A stretch of 64,000 nt of DNA, taken from NCBI RefSeq assembly GCF_037042905.1, contig NC_087250.1, positions 12,464,001-12,528,000 of the forward strand, read 5' to 3'. This DNA comes from Lytechinus pictus (lineage: Eukaryota). Shown in pieces: positions 25,077-37,807 of the stretch. The translations under genes and the position numbers were made by a program. Within the stretch, counting starts at the first letter, position 1. Each line of letters opens with the position of its first letter. A model generated the notes under the pieces. It had not been told where the DNA came from, did not search any database, and saw nothing but the letters and a program-made list of their open reading frames with translations.

Positions 25077-27080
25077 TGATCTCATTCATTTTTTTAATAA
25101 ATGAACCCTTCTCTGCACTTTCTGTCGTTTAATTTATTGACTTACTTTTCCCTACTCTCTCGCTATATATTCGCGTATACAAAGTTTACCGCGACTTGAA
25201 ATTCCTTTATTAGAAAAAGAAATATTTCAAATCCCAGGTTTTAGCAAAGGTCGCTTAATAAATTATCAATGACAAGAGCAATTTAATTGTACATTTGTTT
25301 GCTTTATAATATGGAATCATGTCTCGGTATGCCAACAGCAATGTTCCTAAAACATCCCCCCGAATCGCTTGAGATTCGCTGTAAGCCGAATACGTTGGAC
25401 ACAATTTTCTTTCTAAAAAAAAATCAATGTCAGCATATCTTCGTATGCATGCTCAGTGTTCATACATGTTACAAACGTCTGTTATATTACAACAACCACT
25501 TTGTATCGATAAAAAGAGATACAATGAAACAAGTACGCCGTCTACAATTTCCTCTAAATTCTGACTTAATGTTAGTGTGTTGTGACATTTCCAACAAAAG
25601 TTCCAACAAAAATTTTCGCGTTTGATTATTATTTGTATTTATTACGATTTAAATCCATTTTCTCTTTTTACTGAGCACATCCTATTCTTGGAATGGATGT
25701 GATGTTTTAAAATTGCCAATTGCTTCAGTTATATGCATTTTTTTTCATACGAAACTGATGAGGTAACCACAAATTGTTGTACTCTTATCACGTCCCTTTC
25801 CCAACTTATCTCTCGTTCCATCCTTCAGGCTAGCATCCTCCTTTTTATAGCTACTCTTTTTCCCCCTATCCTCCTAATGGTTTACTGAAGATTACTCGCT
25901 TATTCATTCAGTCAATTGTTTTAGCTTTATTTTTAGAAAAGTAATGTATCTTCCCGTTCCTCTTTTACCGTTTCAGGTGCAATATAAAGTGCTCCTACGT
26001 CATCGTCAATTCAACATCCGGCGAATTCTCCAATAACAGGTCTCTTCAACAAACAAGCCACAATTACGCGCTCTCTCTATCTATCTCGACCTGCATCAAC
26101 TTGCATTTCGAGCTCCCAGCTAGCTCTCACACACAGAGAGACGCACTCGCATAACGCCATACACGCGCACACACACACACACTCAGTCCAGCAACGCTTC
26201 CAACCCTACTGGAGACGACCGCATAAATAAGGGTCATCCAACGTCTGCTTCGATCGGGAGTTGATTAGGTGAATTTGCCCTCCGTTTGTTTTACGCCAGT
26301 TGAGTATTGAACGAATCAATAGCGGAGTTAGAGACAGCGGATGCATTCACCACTCGCTTGCATCGTGATCGTTTGTTACGGAAGCCAGTGTCCCGCCCTT
26401 GAAATACGGCCGGGTTGGGAATTCGCTTACTCTGAGAAACAGGCAAACTCATCCATTTGAAAAGGTGGAAAATGCATGACTGATTGTTCTCCCTTAGGGA
26501 AAAAATAGTGAGATACATTTGTGGAATTTTATAAGGGATGTGTATCAAGTGATTTTAGAAAAGGGATGTTCTCATGATGGATAGGTGAACAGCCCGCACT
26601 TGGCATTTTAAATAGTACTTTTTGAGGGAATATCCGGTTTGAATATCCGGGAAAGATCTTTCGAGATCGAAGAACTACACCCAAGAGGAATTATTTTGCT
26701 TTACAGGAGATACTGTTGAAACCTGCGCTGAACGTTATCTATTACTGCTATTTCCTCAAAGACAATAAGTTCGTGATTAAAAGTATAAAATAAAATCATA
26801 TGGGGAAACTTTTTCCGGTGGCAAAGGCGATTCTTCATATGTTAAGTAAAACAAACGACAATGGTTCCTTCAAGACATTTCAATTATTTCTGCTTGTATC
26901 ACGACCAGTGCTAGATACGGAGTAATCATAACAGAGAAACGGACACTCAAGCATCTGGAAGTTTCATTCAAACCTACAGAGCAACGGGAGGATACACTGC
27001 AATAATAAGGTGGTTGATAAAAGAAAGATCAGAAAGGCTTTGCCTAACGGGATTTTGACCGGTGCTTTCTGAATGTAACA

Positions 27081-28073
27081 ATGTCTCCAGGTCGTGACGG
27101 CACCCCAAGTGTTACACAGCTGAAGGACCAGAGATTGAGTGTCTACTGTTCGCCAAGATTCTGCAGGAGAAGTCGGTACCTTGAGAAAGCCTGCGTGAAC
27201 TCTATGCTGGAGAAGAAGGACGATTTCGGGTGGCAACGAGCTTTTAATCCGCGATTCTTCAGCAAGGGGTCGCCCTCGTCGACGCGCAAGGACGGGAAGC
27301 GCGCCATCTCTTCAAACGGGGCCAGTCCGCCGTTCCAGTGCCAGCGCCGGAAGTTCACCTCGCAGTCCACACTATCACATCTGTCGTCTTCAGACACCGA
27401 TTCGCTAGGGTGTACTAATCTAATGGCGAATCTGGATCTTAGCTCACCGAAAATCACTACCAATGACGCCGGCCCGGAAGAGGATAATCCATCGGCACCA
27501 GGCACTCCGACGCTGCTTCCAAAGCGACAAAAGCAGCGTCCCGTGTCTCTCGCTCTGCTCGACAACCACGCTTCGCAGAGTCTGGATTCGAATGCAAATG
27601 GTGAGCATCTTGGTTCGGCTTGTTGCAGTCTACACGTGCGGAAGGACCGCGCCGCCGACCGTAGCCCTGCCGGATCGGCTCGGGCAATTCCAACCTCTTC
27701 AAAGGGTCTGAACCCACCTTCCTATAACCCACTGAGCAAGTCATGTTCTGATTTGCGTGGGGGAACTATCGACGAATGCTGCATGATTCATCGTAACTTT
27801 AGCTGCAGGTGCCCCAGTCACCTCTCACTTCAGTCTGCGCGCGTATCTACGCCTTCAGACTCGCATACTGGCTCTAGAATAAGCCTTTTATCGGAAGGAG
27901 TTGACTCCTACGAGGGACTCTATGAAAAGGCCTATAGAGCCACGTACGTGATGGACAGGGACCGGCTGGTGAATGAGTCTAAAGTCTCTCCAGATAGACT
28001 GGTGCGGGAATGGTTAGCAAGACAAGAAGAAGTTACCCAGAATACACCAGAACAACAGGAAGTAAAACAATGA
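27081..28073 (+). CDS. Uncharacterised 330-aa Ser/Pro/Arg-rich protein, uninterrupted ORF
   Basis: 993-bp ORF, by far the longest in the window, visibly more GC/CpG-rich than its flanks, ACAATG start context, AT-rich sequence right after the stop. No domain recognised. Confidence 0.75.
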   Translation: MSPGRDGTPSVTQLKDQRLSVYCSPRFCRRSRYLEKACVNSMLEKKDDFGWQRAFNPRFFSKGSPSSTRKDGKRAISSNGASPPFQCQRRKFTSQSTLSHLSSSDTDSLGCTNLMANLDLSSPKITTNDAGPEEDNPSAPGTPTLLPKRQKQRPVSLALLDNHASQSLDSNANGEHLGSACCSLHVRKDRAADRSPAGSARAIPTSSKGLNPPSYNPLSKSCSDLRGGTIDECCMIHRNFSCRCPSHLSLQSARVSTPSDSHTGSRISLLSEGVDSYEGLYEKAYRATYVMDRDRLVNESKVSPDRLVREWLARQEEVTQNTPEQQEVKQ

Positions 28074-28788
28074 TTCACTTGATTTTTTTTGCGTTAATGT
28101 CATCAGAGACAACGAAACATGTTAATGAATAATCTTAATTGTGCAAGATTCCATATGCTAAAATATACATTATCCCATATAAATAAGGCGACAGGGTGAC
28201 TTCAAAATATGAGGTAGAGATAACTGAGTCTAAAATATCATGATATGCCGAAATTTTATAGTGATGGTGAATTTTCATTTACAAACGAATCTTCTTTCGA
28301 TTAAAAGAGAAAGAAAGGTTGACTCACCATTTGAGCCCTGTTAAAATATTAATGATATAATTTCATTTACAAACAAGTAGTTCACTTTATGTAGGCTTAT
28401 CGTTTCTGTCGATATTGCCAGAATTTTAAAACTAAACTGTATTAATTTGTATACCAACGTTTGTGTTACACACGCCTGTCGGAAACAACAAACAACAAAA
28501 CCTAGTTGATAAATGTAACCTGTATAGTTTATACGCAAAATGGGCTTCTTATATATGGCAATTTGTAAATACCAGTATATGTAATTATTTTGTGCTGCAA
28601 TTGATATATATATATATATGTCATGTATTTATGATAAATATATTGTAACCCGATGTAAGATAATTTAGTTTTGGAATGTGATGGCTTTAAATATTCTATT
28701 TTGATACGTTTTTATTGTGTTGACCCATTTTCCTTCCATGCACCAACACATGAAGATTTTCTTTTTTTGTGGATGTACATGTGTCCAT

Positions 28789-29244
28789 AATAGACCAGTT
28801 CGTAGTTACTCATGGACAATTTTCGGTCAAATCACCTTTCATTTCTTTAATTATGATAGGCAGATTTCAAAGCAAAATATTACGTAAGCTTGCCTCACAT
28901 AGCATGATAAAGAAATTGAATAGACCAGGTGACTAGAATAGCATACCAATGAACACTTTATGAAGGTATTTGTTGCATTCCTACTTTGAATGCATATCAT
29001 AGCATGTTGCACAATGTACTTGGCAAACTGGGAAATACCAGTCGTTCGTGGACGCGTTGTTGTTTTTTGTGGATGTAAATGAAAACCACAATTCAAAAGA
29101 ATATATGAATGATCAAGACATCAAAGTTGGTGCTTATCTCATTAGATTTTAAATCACCATGTCACTTTAGTACAAATGACCTTCCTCTGATCATGCGTAG
29201 AATCTTTTGATCATGCGCAGAAAGGAACTACGAACTGGCTTATT
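28789..29244 (+). mobile_element. MITE family B copy
   Basis: Alignable end to end with 54035-54490. Confidence 0.85.
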
Positions 29245-32200
29245 ACTTTGACAAAGAGTATAATTTATAAAAACACGATTAGAACGACTTTTTGCATTAC
29301 GAAATCAAAGACATTCGTCTCAACTTTTTTAAATAATACACGCGACGGTAACTTTCTAAGGGGATAAAAACACAAAAGAAAAATCAGAAAATGTGTAAAT
29401 CCGAGAAAGTAAGGCAGCAGAGTCAATTTAAAGGGTATTATTGTATTACAAGTTGTGTACGGCCTGTTGCTAGGTTTTAAAATTCATGTTAGATTTGTTT
29501 TTAGTTCGTATCGAAAAAAACCCATGTCATCCTTTTACGTCATGCCTTTGCACCTTTTTTTTTCAAGTGCTAAAAGAAATATTGAAGATAAGGAGACATG
29601 ATGAAAGAAGGAGGGAGACGCCAAGGAACACGTTTTAAAAACAAATATAGTTTGAACGGTCATATGGAAATGCGATCTTTTCGTGTAATCATTCGAAAGA
29701 TTGGTTTATTCATTGGCGTTGCCCTACTGGTTATCATGGTTATTGTGCACATCAGTTCATTATTCTGTTTCTCCACGACATGCAATGGCATAAACAAACA
29801 ACCCAAAATTATCACGTGCATATTCTGATTAATCTGTAAAACTGAGCACGTTGAAACATTTGCATTTCTATGCAATACTACATATTTGTCATGATCTTTG
29901 AAATGCATTATTTTCCGAAAATGAAAAAAAAAGAAGAATAAATTGGTCAGCTTTTAGATGTAAAAAGGCAGGCACTGTGAAAAGATAATGTATTTTTAAA
30001 ATAGTCTAATTTCGTTCTATGAGTGTTCTTTATTACCTATACAGCCCTCCTCGAAAAAAAAATGGAATTGTCTATGTGGCATTGAATACTTAGGATGTCG
30101 ATATTGATGGTGGTGGTGATTTCGATATTAATGATAAGAACAACAATGATATAAATGATAATACTGATGATGATAATGATCCTCTCGCTTCTAATTCTAC
30201 TACTGCTACTATTCCTACTACTACTAAAGATAATAATAGTAATGATGATAAAGATAATAACAATAATAATATCTGTCATCCTTAATAACTAACAACGATG
30301 AAGTGCTATTTAAAATGCTAAAATGACTGTCGTAAAGAACCAATAATGTCTAGCTCTTTTTTGCTGAACTAGAAGATAGAATTGCCAACTTTCATACACA
30401 AACTATCTCTTCATTATACAGTTACAAGACAAATTTTACATCCTTTGAATGAAACTGTCCATAGTATCATAATTTCATCCCAGCACGTACAGACGTACAA
30501 AACACATGAAACAACGGTGGGCAATATCCTCTTTCGTCATTAGACATGTTAGATTCGGCCAGCAGATTGGCATAATTCCGTTAATCAATTGAGTTACTCT
30601 TTAAAAATCCTCTAAAAAAAGCGATCTCTCTCTGTTTTAAATAGAGAGTGTTCGCTCCGCGAGACGCAATGGATTCAAGAAAATAAATCTATTGAAAATG
30701 CAAGCCAAATCGACAATGAACAGCTGGGAGGTCCTTGCCGAAAATTGGTGAACCGGAACAACAGTTTCGTCTTAAGTTTCGGAGCTGATGACAAATTACA
30801 AATATGTCGTGTGTGTGTGTGTGTGTGAGGGTGTGTGCGTGCGTGAGGGTATGGGTGTGCGTGTGTAGAGTCTAGGAGGAAAATGTTGATTTGATTTACC
30901 AACTTTTGAAGAAAAAAATATTGGTTGCTCATTGAATAACGTTATCAATACAACACATATAACTCTTTGTTACACTTGTCATTCAATATCCTGTTCAAGG
31001 GAATAACATGCAGTACTAGATGTGGTCTTTATTTTTTTAAGAGAGAGTTTACCATTCATTCGTCTTAAATGCCGTCTAAAGGCTGTTAAGATATAAGTTT
31101 GGCGTCTATATTTTTGTTTAAATTTAAAGAGCTATTTGAGCAATTGCAGATTTAGAAATTGTCACTGAAATGTTCTACCCATCCCATAATGCCTGAGAAG
31201 GGTATTATATAAACATACCAAAATGCGTATATCATTTATTATGATTGGGCACCCGACCGAATTATACTTATTCTATAATATCGGTAAATCTATCAAATAA
31301 AACATATTTATATTACACGACCATTTTAGGGTACATGCATTCATATATTCCAGTAATAAATTGGAAAAGTGACTTGCACTTTGGGATTTTTTCTATATAA
31401 ATAAAATAGGATTTAATGAAGACCTGTATGATAAAAAAGTGAGCTCAGCTACCAACCCCTCATCTAGGGATCTGTAACAATTATCCGGTTTATTGGGTGA
31501 TATAGTGGAGGAGAGATAGAAAAAGAAGGAAATCTTCTGGATGCCAAGTATGAATGATTACATGTAGAGTAGCCTTGGTATCTCTTTTATTGCAATATGT
31601 TTTATACATACAATACATGGTGACACGAGATATGCTCCTGCGACAATTGCTTTATTTCGTCTAAGATGTAGGGTTAAGGTTGCAATAGGGTTTTATGTTA
31701 GGTTTAGGGTTGGGTAGGGTATATAGTTAAACCCAGGTTGAAGTTGGTCATTCGATTATTGTATCGAATTGTCGCCGGATATCAAATAAGGAACAACACT
31801 ACAAGATACACATCGACACACACACACACGCACAGAACCCCCCTCCTACACACACACACACCCTCTCATGCATATATACATATATGTGTGTGTTAGGGTG
31901 CGTTTGTGTGTGTGTAAAGGAAGTGGGCTCTTTGCGGAACATAAGGTGCAGGGAATAAATGAGGAGATAATGATGCAAGACGTACTATGTACCTTTGTCT
32001 CGGGATTTACCTACTGCATTTTATTCTTCTTTTTTTCTGGAAAAAAAAATCGTCACACGGCTTCTGACCATCAACCCCTCCCCTTGTCCAATTCAGAAAC
32101 ATGCAAGTCTTTAGAGCATGGGTGGACTGCCCATCCATGAACTCTGTTTATGCGAAACGGATGTTTAATGATGCAAGTGTGAAAGAGTGTGAAGAAGAGC

Positions 32201-33375
32201 GCTGCTGATGTCAGTGTACCTTGCAGAGGTGTGACAAACGAAGCCACGGTTCCCGTTTCATAACGACTTACAGCTATGGTGTCTTTGACGTTCTTGGAAA
32301 CTACCATATGGAAGCCTTGATTGTGATTGGCTGCTGAGTCCTGTTACCATGGTAGCTGCCATGATCAGACAATTCATAAAGTTGTAACTCTTTATGAAAC
32401 AGGCACCTGCTGGTCTTGTGAAGAAGGGTGACTGCCTAACGGAGCGCTGTAATAAATCGACAATCGGCTGTAGGTTAAGATTAGCTAAAGAAGCCATCTT
32501 AAGTTTTTCAGACCTACAAAAAAATATCGTCTGGTTTGCGTTCGTGCAAATGGTTTGGCTCCAGCTGACAGAGATCGACCAAATACTGGTTTGCTATCGA
32601 TGTTGCAACAGACTGAAATTTTATTGCTCGCAATCGTTTCTAAGGGGGCATAGAGAAAGAGGGTAGTTTTACTAGGGATGAAGCCAACATAAAGGTTTCT
32701 GGCAAGGTTTTTTTAATGATAGAGAGGTAACGGGTCCAAGGCCAGAATAAAATGAGGGGGCATCCTTCTGGAATCATCTATGCTGAAGTAATTTGACTGT
32801 TCAAGGGGCTTGGCGGATAGAAGGTGTTGGACATTTCTATGAGCATCATTAAGGGCGTGGGTTGACTGGCTTGGCATGATGGGCGTAGGCGATGTGTGGG
32901 TGTGCTGAAAGCATGTCTGGACATCTATGAGAGCCGAGGTTCCACTGTCCCAAAGGCATTGCTCAAGAAGTTTGGGCTTTGTAAGAGGTGGTGGATACTT
33001 CTATTAATATATATTACCATGATCATGATGATCACAGATGGTTCTTTCGGCCTTCTTAATGAAGCGTCCTCCAAAGGGAATATTAACGCAGGGGTGCTTC
33101 TTTCACTTAAGCATCTATGAGGGGTAGGTATATATTTATGAAGGGTGGGTGTTTTTATTTTATAAACTTTGTCAAAAAGAAATATAACCCTCGGGCAAAA
33201 CTAAAAACTGGCTTAGCTTACGGGTTCATGTGAATTAAAAAAAAAAAGACATTTCGATAGGACAACCCCTTCCTCAAAAAAGGAACAAAATCAGCAAATT
33301 GCAGACAAAATAATGCATTTTTAATGTTTATCCTGGGTCATGAAACACAAGATCTACCAGATCTACCCCTATAAA

Positions 33376-33670
33376 CGCGTCGTGGTCTAGTGGTTCTGAC
33401 TCTTGCCTTTCAAACCGAGGGTCGCGGCTTCGAATCCTAGCCATGGCGTGTTTTTCCTTCAGCAAGAAATTTATCCACACTGTGAGATGAATGAGTACCC
33501 GGTAGGAAGAAATTCCTCGAATGCTCGGGCGCCCGATCAAGGTAGCCGTGCTAAAGCCGGTGTAATAATAACATTATGTTAAGCAGGGCCCGCTGTTAGA
33601 ACAGTTTCCAGAACTGAAGTGGCGTCCCTGGGTAGAATACGACGTTATTATCATTATTATTATTATTATA
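33376..33670 (+). mobile_element. tRNA-derived SINE, near full length
   Basis: A box (GTGGTCTAGTGG), B-box-like CTTCGAATCC, central domain, LINE-like tail and (ATT)n end. Confidence 0.88.
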
Positions 33671-33719
33671 AACAGATTCTTGGAAAAGGCCCCTAATGTA
33701 GGATGGTGTAAAAATTACA

Positions 33720-34185
33720 TTTATATATTTATTCATATAAAATATATTTAATCAAGGTCGTCCACTCAGCGATAAACTGATCTCCCATGGGGCCCAGGGA
33801 TTCATGATAAAAACAACTATAAAATATTGAAAAACACATGTAAACAAAAAGTTATTTTAAATAACAAGTTAAACTTATCCGGCATCGTTATGAAATAATG
33901 CAAACTGTAGTAAATGAAGAATATTACAGACATAACAGTAACAAAATAAATCAAGCAGATAGACATAAAATGTTCAATTCAAAAGGCATTAATAGAACTT
34001 AAAAAGATGCAGTTTGAGCTTTTCTATAAAAATTGATAAAGATTTTGACTGCTTCAAATTAAATGGCAAGTTGTCCCAAAGTAAAATTGCTGAGTAAGAT
34101 AAAGAGTGTTTAAAAATTTCCATATGAGCTTTTGGGGTGATCAGGTTATCTTTTGCTGCATATCCAGTATTGAAATACTTGTTTC
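33720..34185 (-). mobile_element. 5'-truncated LINE 3' end (L2/CR1 group)
   Basis: Minus strand reads ...DNLITPKAHMEIFKHSLSYSAILLWDNLPFNLKQSKSLSIFIEKLKLHLFKFY*, the typical LWNxLP...SL..FK..LK ORF2 C-terminus, followed by a 3' UTR. Confidence 0.8.
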
Positions 34186-34353
34186 AGAGTAAACACATTA
34201 CGATAGAATTTCGATGACAGACCATTGATACATCTATACATAAAAACATCCATTTTGACTACATAAATTTCAAAAAAGAATTCCATAGATTTTCTCTGTT
34301 TATCCCACTCCGGTTATGGGCTAGAACGTAAAAATATCCCAGTAGGTCAGTAT

Positions 34354-37300
34354 TAGTCCAGGATAGAAGAGGCATAACCTTGTTTTTTTCATATATATAA
34401 TATTTTTTATGGTTTCTTGTCAGTTTGAGGGTGCTGATTACGAATCTAAATGATTCCACTCGCGTAACCTTGAGCATTTTCTGCAAATTGGCAAAATCCA
34501 ATATGGCAGCCAAAATATGTGAATTACCCATGGAAATCATAAAATCGCCCGGACATTGCCTATAAAATGCATGATATTGCGTGGCAAGAGTGAAATACTC
34601 TCTGAAAAAATAGTTTTTGACAAAATATTTATTTTCTGGATATTCAAAATGGCCGGCATAGGCCCATGTATACTCATTATGTACAATATGAATAGGGAAA
34701 ACCAATTTTCACATACATGAGCACTAAACTGCAAGAATTTGTGATCTATGAATGAAGTACTGTATGCAAATTATCATCACTAACGAGATATATTATTTAG
34801 TATGTCATGTATGAGAATATTGCTGTATTTTGATATTTAAAATGGCCGCCACTTGCCCAAACAATATTATGTACAATGGCAATGGGGGCCAAAAATTCAC
34901 AAGAGTGAGCACTAAAATGTATATTATTAAGATAAACGAGTGGAATACTGACTAAAAACATAATGTTTTAACGAAATATATTATTTAATATGCCATGTAT
35001 GTGATACATTGTAAATGTTGTATTTCGATATACCAAATGGCTGCCAAAGACCCAAACAATATTATGTACAATGAGAAAGAGGACCAAAGAAATCACAAGA
35101 GTGAGCATTAAAATGCATACATATGTGATAAAGTAATGGGATACTGTCTAAAAACAATTCTCAACGAAATATATCATTCAGGTTTCAAGTGTGTGTTAAA
35201 TACTGTATTTTGACTTTCAAAATGGCCGCCATAGACTTTGACTGTAGTATGTATAATGCGAACTGGGAAACCAATATTCCCAGTAGTGAGCACCATAAAT
35301 GCACGTAATAGTGATCCGTAAGAAAAATATTGTCTGAAAGCATGATTTCTAACAAGATATATCATGTATTCTGCCAGTTAGGTGACAAATATTGTATTTT
35401 GAAAGTCAAAATGGCCGCTACAGGCCCTAACAGTATGATGTACCATGTGAATGGGAACAATATGATTTCAACAGATTTTGGCTTTGCTTGACTGAATGGT
35501 GTTGTATGAGTAACATTACAGAGGGATAAAATGTATACACAAATAATGTTTCAGCGTTGATTCGCGATATTTTGTGTCAATTTCATGAATTATCGTTGTT
35601 TGAACATTTAAAACATCATTATAAAGTGAAAGGAATAAGCAAAACTTAATTTTCAGACTTACCTATGCAGTGGTAAGCCATGATGCACCCCTCGTCTACA
35701 TAATGGACCCCATCACAATATTCAGAGACATATCCATCTTTCAGAGAACAAAATTGATTTTTGTTGGCAAAAATAATGGTATCTGATATATCTATATCTA
35801 TAGTTCGGACTGACAATGTATATATATTTATATATTCCTAATGTTCAGCACTGCGATGGAAAGAGCTGGAAAACCGCTGTGACTCGAACAACGCACCGAC
35901 GTACACAAAAGCTCTGTCCAGCCATATATGTTGAATGCACGTCGAGTGTAGGTTTGCTCTTCGGACATCACTATCACAAAGAAAATCTCCTCTGATTTGA
36001 TGATAAAAGTGCTCTATTTCCTTATTAACCAATCCCCATGGTTCTTTCATGAATATTTACCTTACAATGTGCCCTTTATTATAATCTGAACGGAAATTCT
36101 TGATACCATCACCCACAGATGTGACGGCGGATATAATCCACCCGGGTACTATAAAATGTCCCCAAACCCATTATCCCAATACATATTCCTGACTTTGGAT
36201 GGTGTTGAGTGATTTTAATGTAATAAGTGCCATATTTCCCACCAATTGAATGCAAATAGAATTATGGTCATCTGATAGAAAAACTTGTTAACATTCATTT
36301 CAGGGGGACGGAAATTCTATTTGAATCAATGCTTGTCCTTGATATACATTTGTTTGTGAAAAAAGGGTATGATGCGAGGGAATTCTGCGTGTTATAAGGG
36401 TGCGCGCGTGCAGCGAGGACCTTCTGTTTGCTAGTTTTCCATATAATTACTAGTATATGCAATATTTATAGTCAAGCAAAGCCAAATTCTGTCAAAATTA
36501 TATTTCCCAAGTTACAATGTACATAATACTTTAGGACTAATGGCAGCCATTTTGGATTTCAAAGTGAAGCATTTATTACCTCCATGACCATTATGTGATG
36601 TATGTGTTTAGAAATCATGTTTAAGACAATATTTTTACTCGTACATCACAGTTACATGCATTTTATTACTCTCACTTTTGTGATTTTTTTTTATACGCAT
36701 ACAGAATTTAGTAAGGGCTTGTAGCGGCTATTTTGAATGTCAAAATACAGTATTTATCACCTACATGGCAGAATAAATGCTATAATTCATAAAAATTATG
36801 TTTTCAAATAATATTTTACTCATACAACAGGATCATATGGATGTCATAGTCAAGCAAATCCAACTGAATTCTTAAAAAATCATATGTCCCCATTTTATTG
36901 TAAATAATACTGTCAGGGCCTATGGGCCATTTTTAATTTCACAATACAACATTTATCTCATGCATGGCAAAAGAAATGATTTGTCTCGCTAGAAAACACG
37001 TTTTCAGACAATATTTTACTCCGGCGTAGATCACAATTACATGCATTTTATGTTTCTTACTCTTGTGAAAATTAGTTTCTACATTCGCATTATATAGTGC
37101 CTATGGCGGCCATTTTGAATTAAAAAATACAGCATTTATCACATATAGTACATGGCATATTGAATAATATACTTCGTTAACAATTGTGTTTTTAGTCAGT
37201 ATTCCACTCGTTTAATCGTAATAATATGCATTTTAGTGCTCACTCTTCTGATAGTTTGGCCCCCATTGCCATTGAACATAATACTGTTTGGGCCAGTGGC

Positions 37301-37807
37301 AGCTACTTTAAATATCAAAATACAGCAATTTTCCCATACATGACATAATAAATGATATATCTCGTGAGTAATGATGATTTGCAAACAGTACTTCGTTCAT
37401 ATACCACGATTTCTTGCAGTTTATTGCTCATTTTTGTGAAAATTTCTTATCCCTATTCATGTTGTACATAATAGAGTATACAAAGGCCTATGGCGGCCAT
37501 TTTGAATATCCAGAAAAAAAATATTTTGTCAAAAATTACTTTTTTCAGAGAGTATTTCACTCCTGCCACACAATTTCATGCATTTTATAGCCAATGTCCG
37601 GGCAATTTTGTGATTTTCATGGGTAATTTACATATTTTGGCGGCCATCTTGGATTTTGCCAATTTGCAGAAAGTGCTCAAGGTTACACGAGTGGCATCAT
37701 TCAGATTCGTAATCAGCACCCTCGAATTGACAAGAAACCATCAAAAAATATTGTATATATGAAAAAACAAGGTTTAGTCAATTTTCTATGGGGCCTATTT
37801 TGGACTA
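34354..37807. mobile_element. Non-autonomous foldback DNA transposon with ~1.1-1.3 kb inverted arms (Academ-like termini)
   Basis: TAGTCCA...TGGACTA termini flanked by TAT on both sides. 34354-35495 is an inverted copy of 36468-37807, and the arms are built of ~190-bp subunits. Confidence 0.85.

Noticed and set aside
25983..25989. TATAAAG as the promoter of the orphan gene
   Set aside because: It lies just downstream of a strong splice acceptor, so it is more likely exonic; undecidable without TSS data.
27143..27744. Overlapping antisense and alternate-frame ORFs
   Set aside because: Expected shadows of the GC-rich 330-aa ORF.
31669..31735. TTAGGG-like repeats (also 59941-59987)
   Set aside because: Short and degenerate. 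The first lies between inverted ends (GCGACAATT/AATTGTCGC) of a small repeat, so this is not convincing interstitial telomere.
33376..33450. tRNA genes at SINE heads (also 58617-58695)
   Set aside because: Stems are imperfect and the sequence continues into a shared SINE body with no terminator.
34259..34705. 148-aa ORF and its similar partner at 37490-37762
   Set aside because: The similarity arises from the two arms of the foldback element; no transposase motifs.
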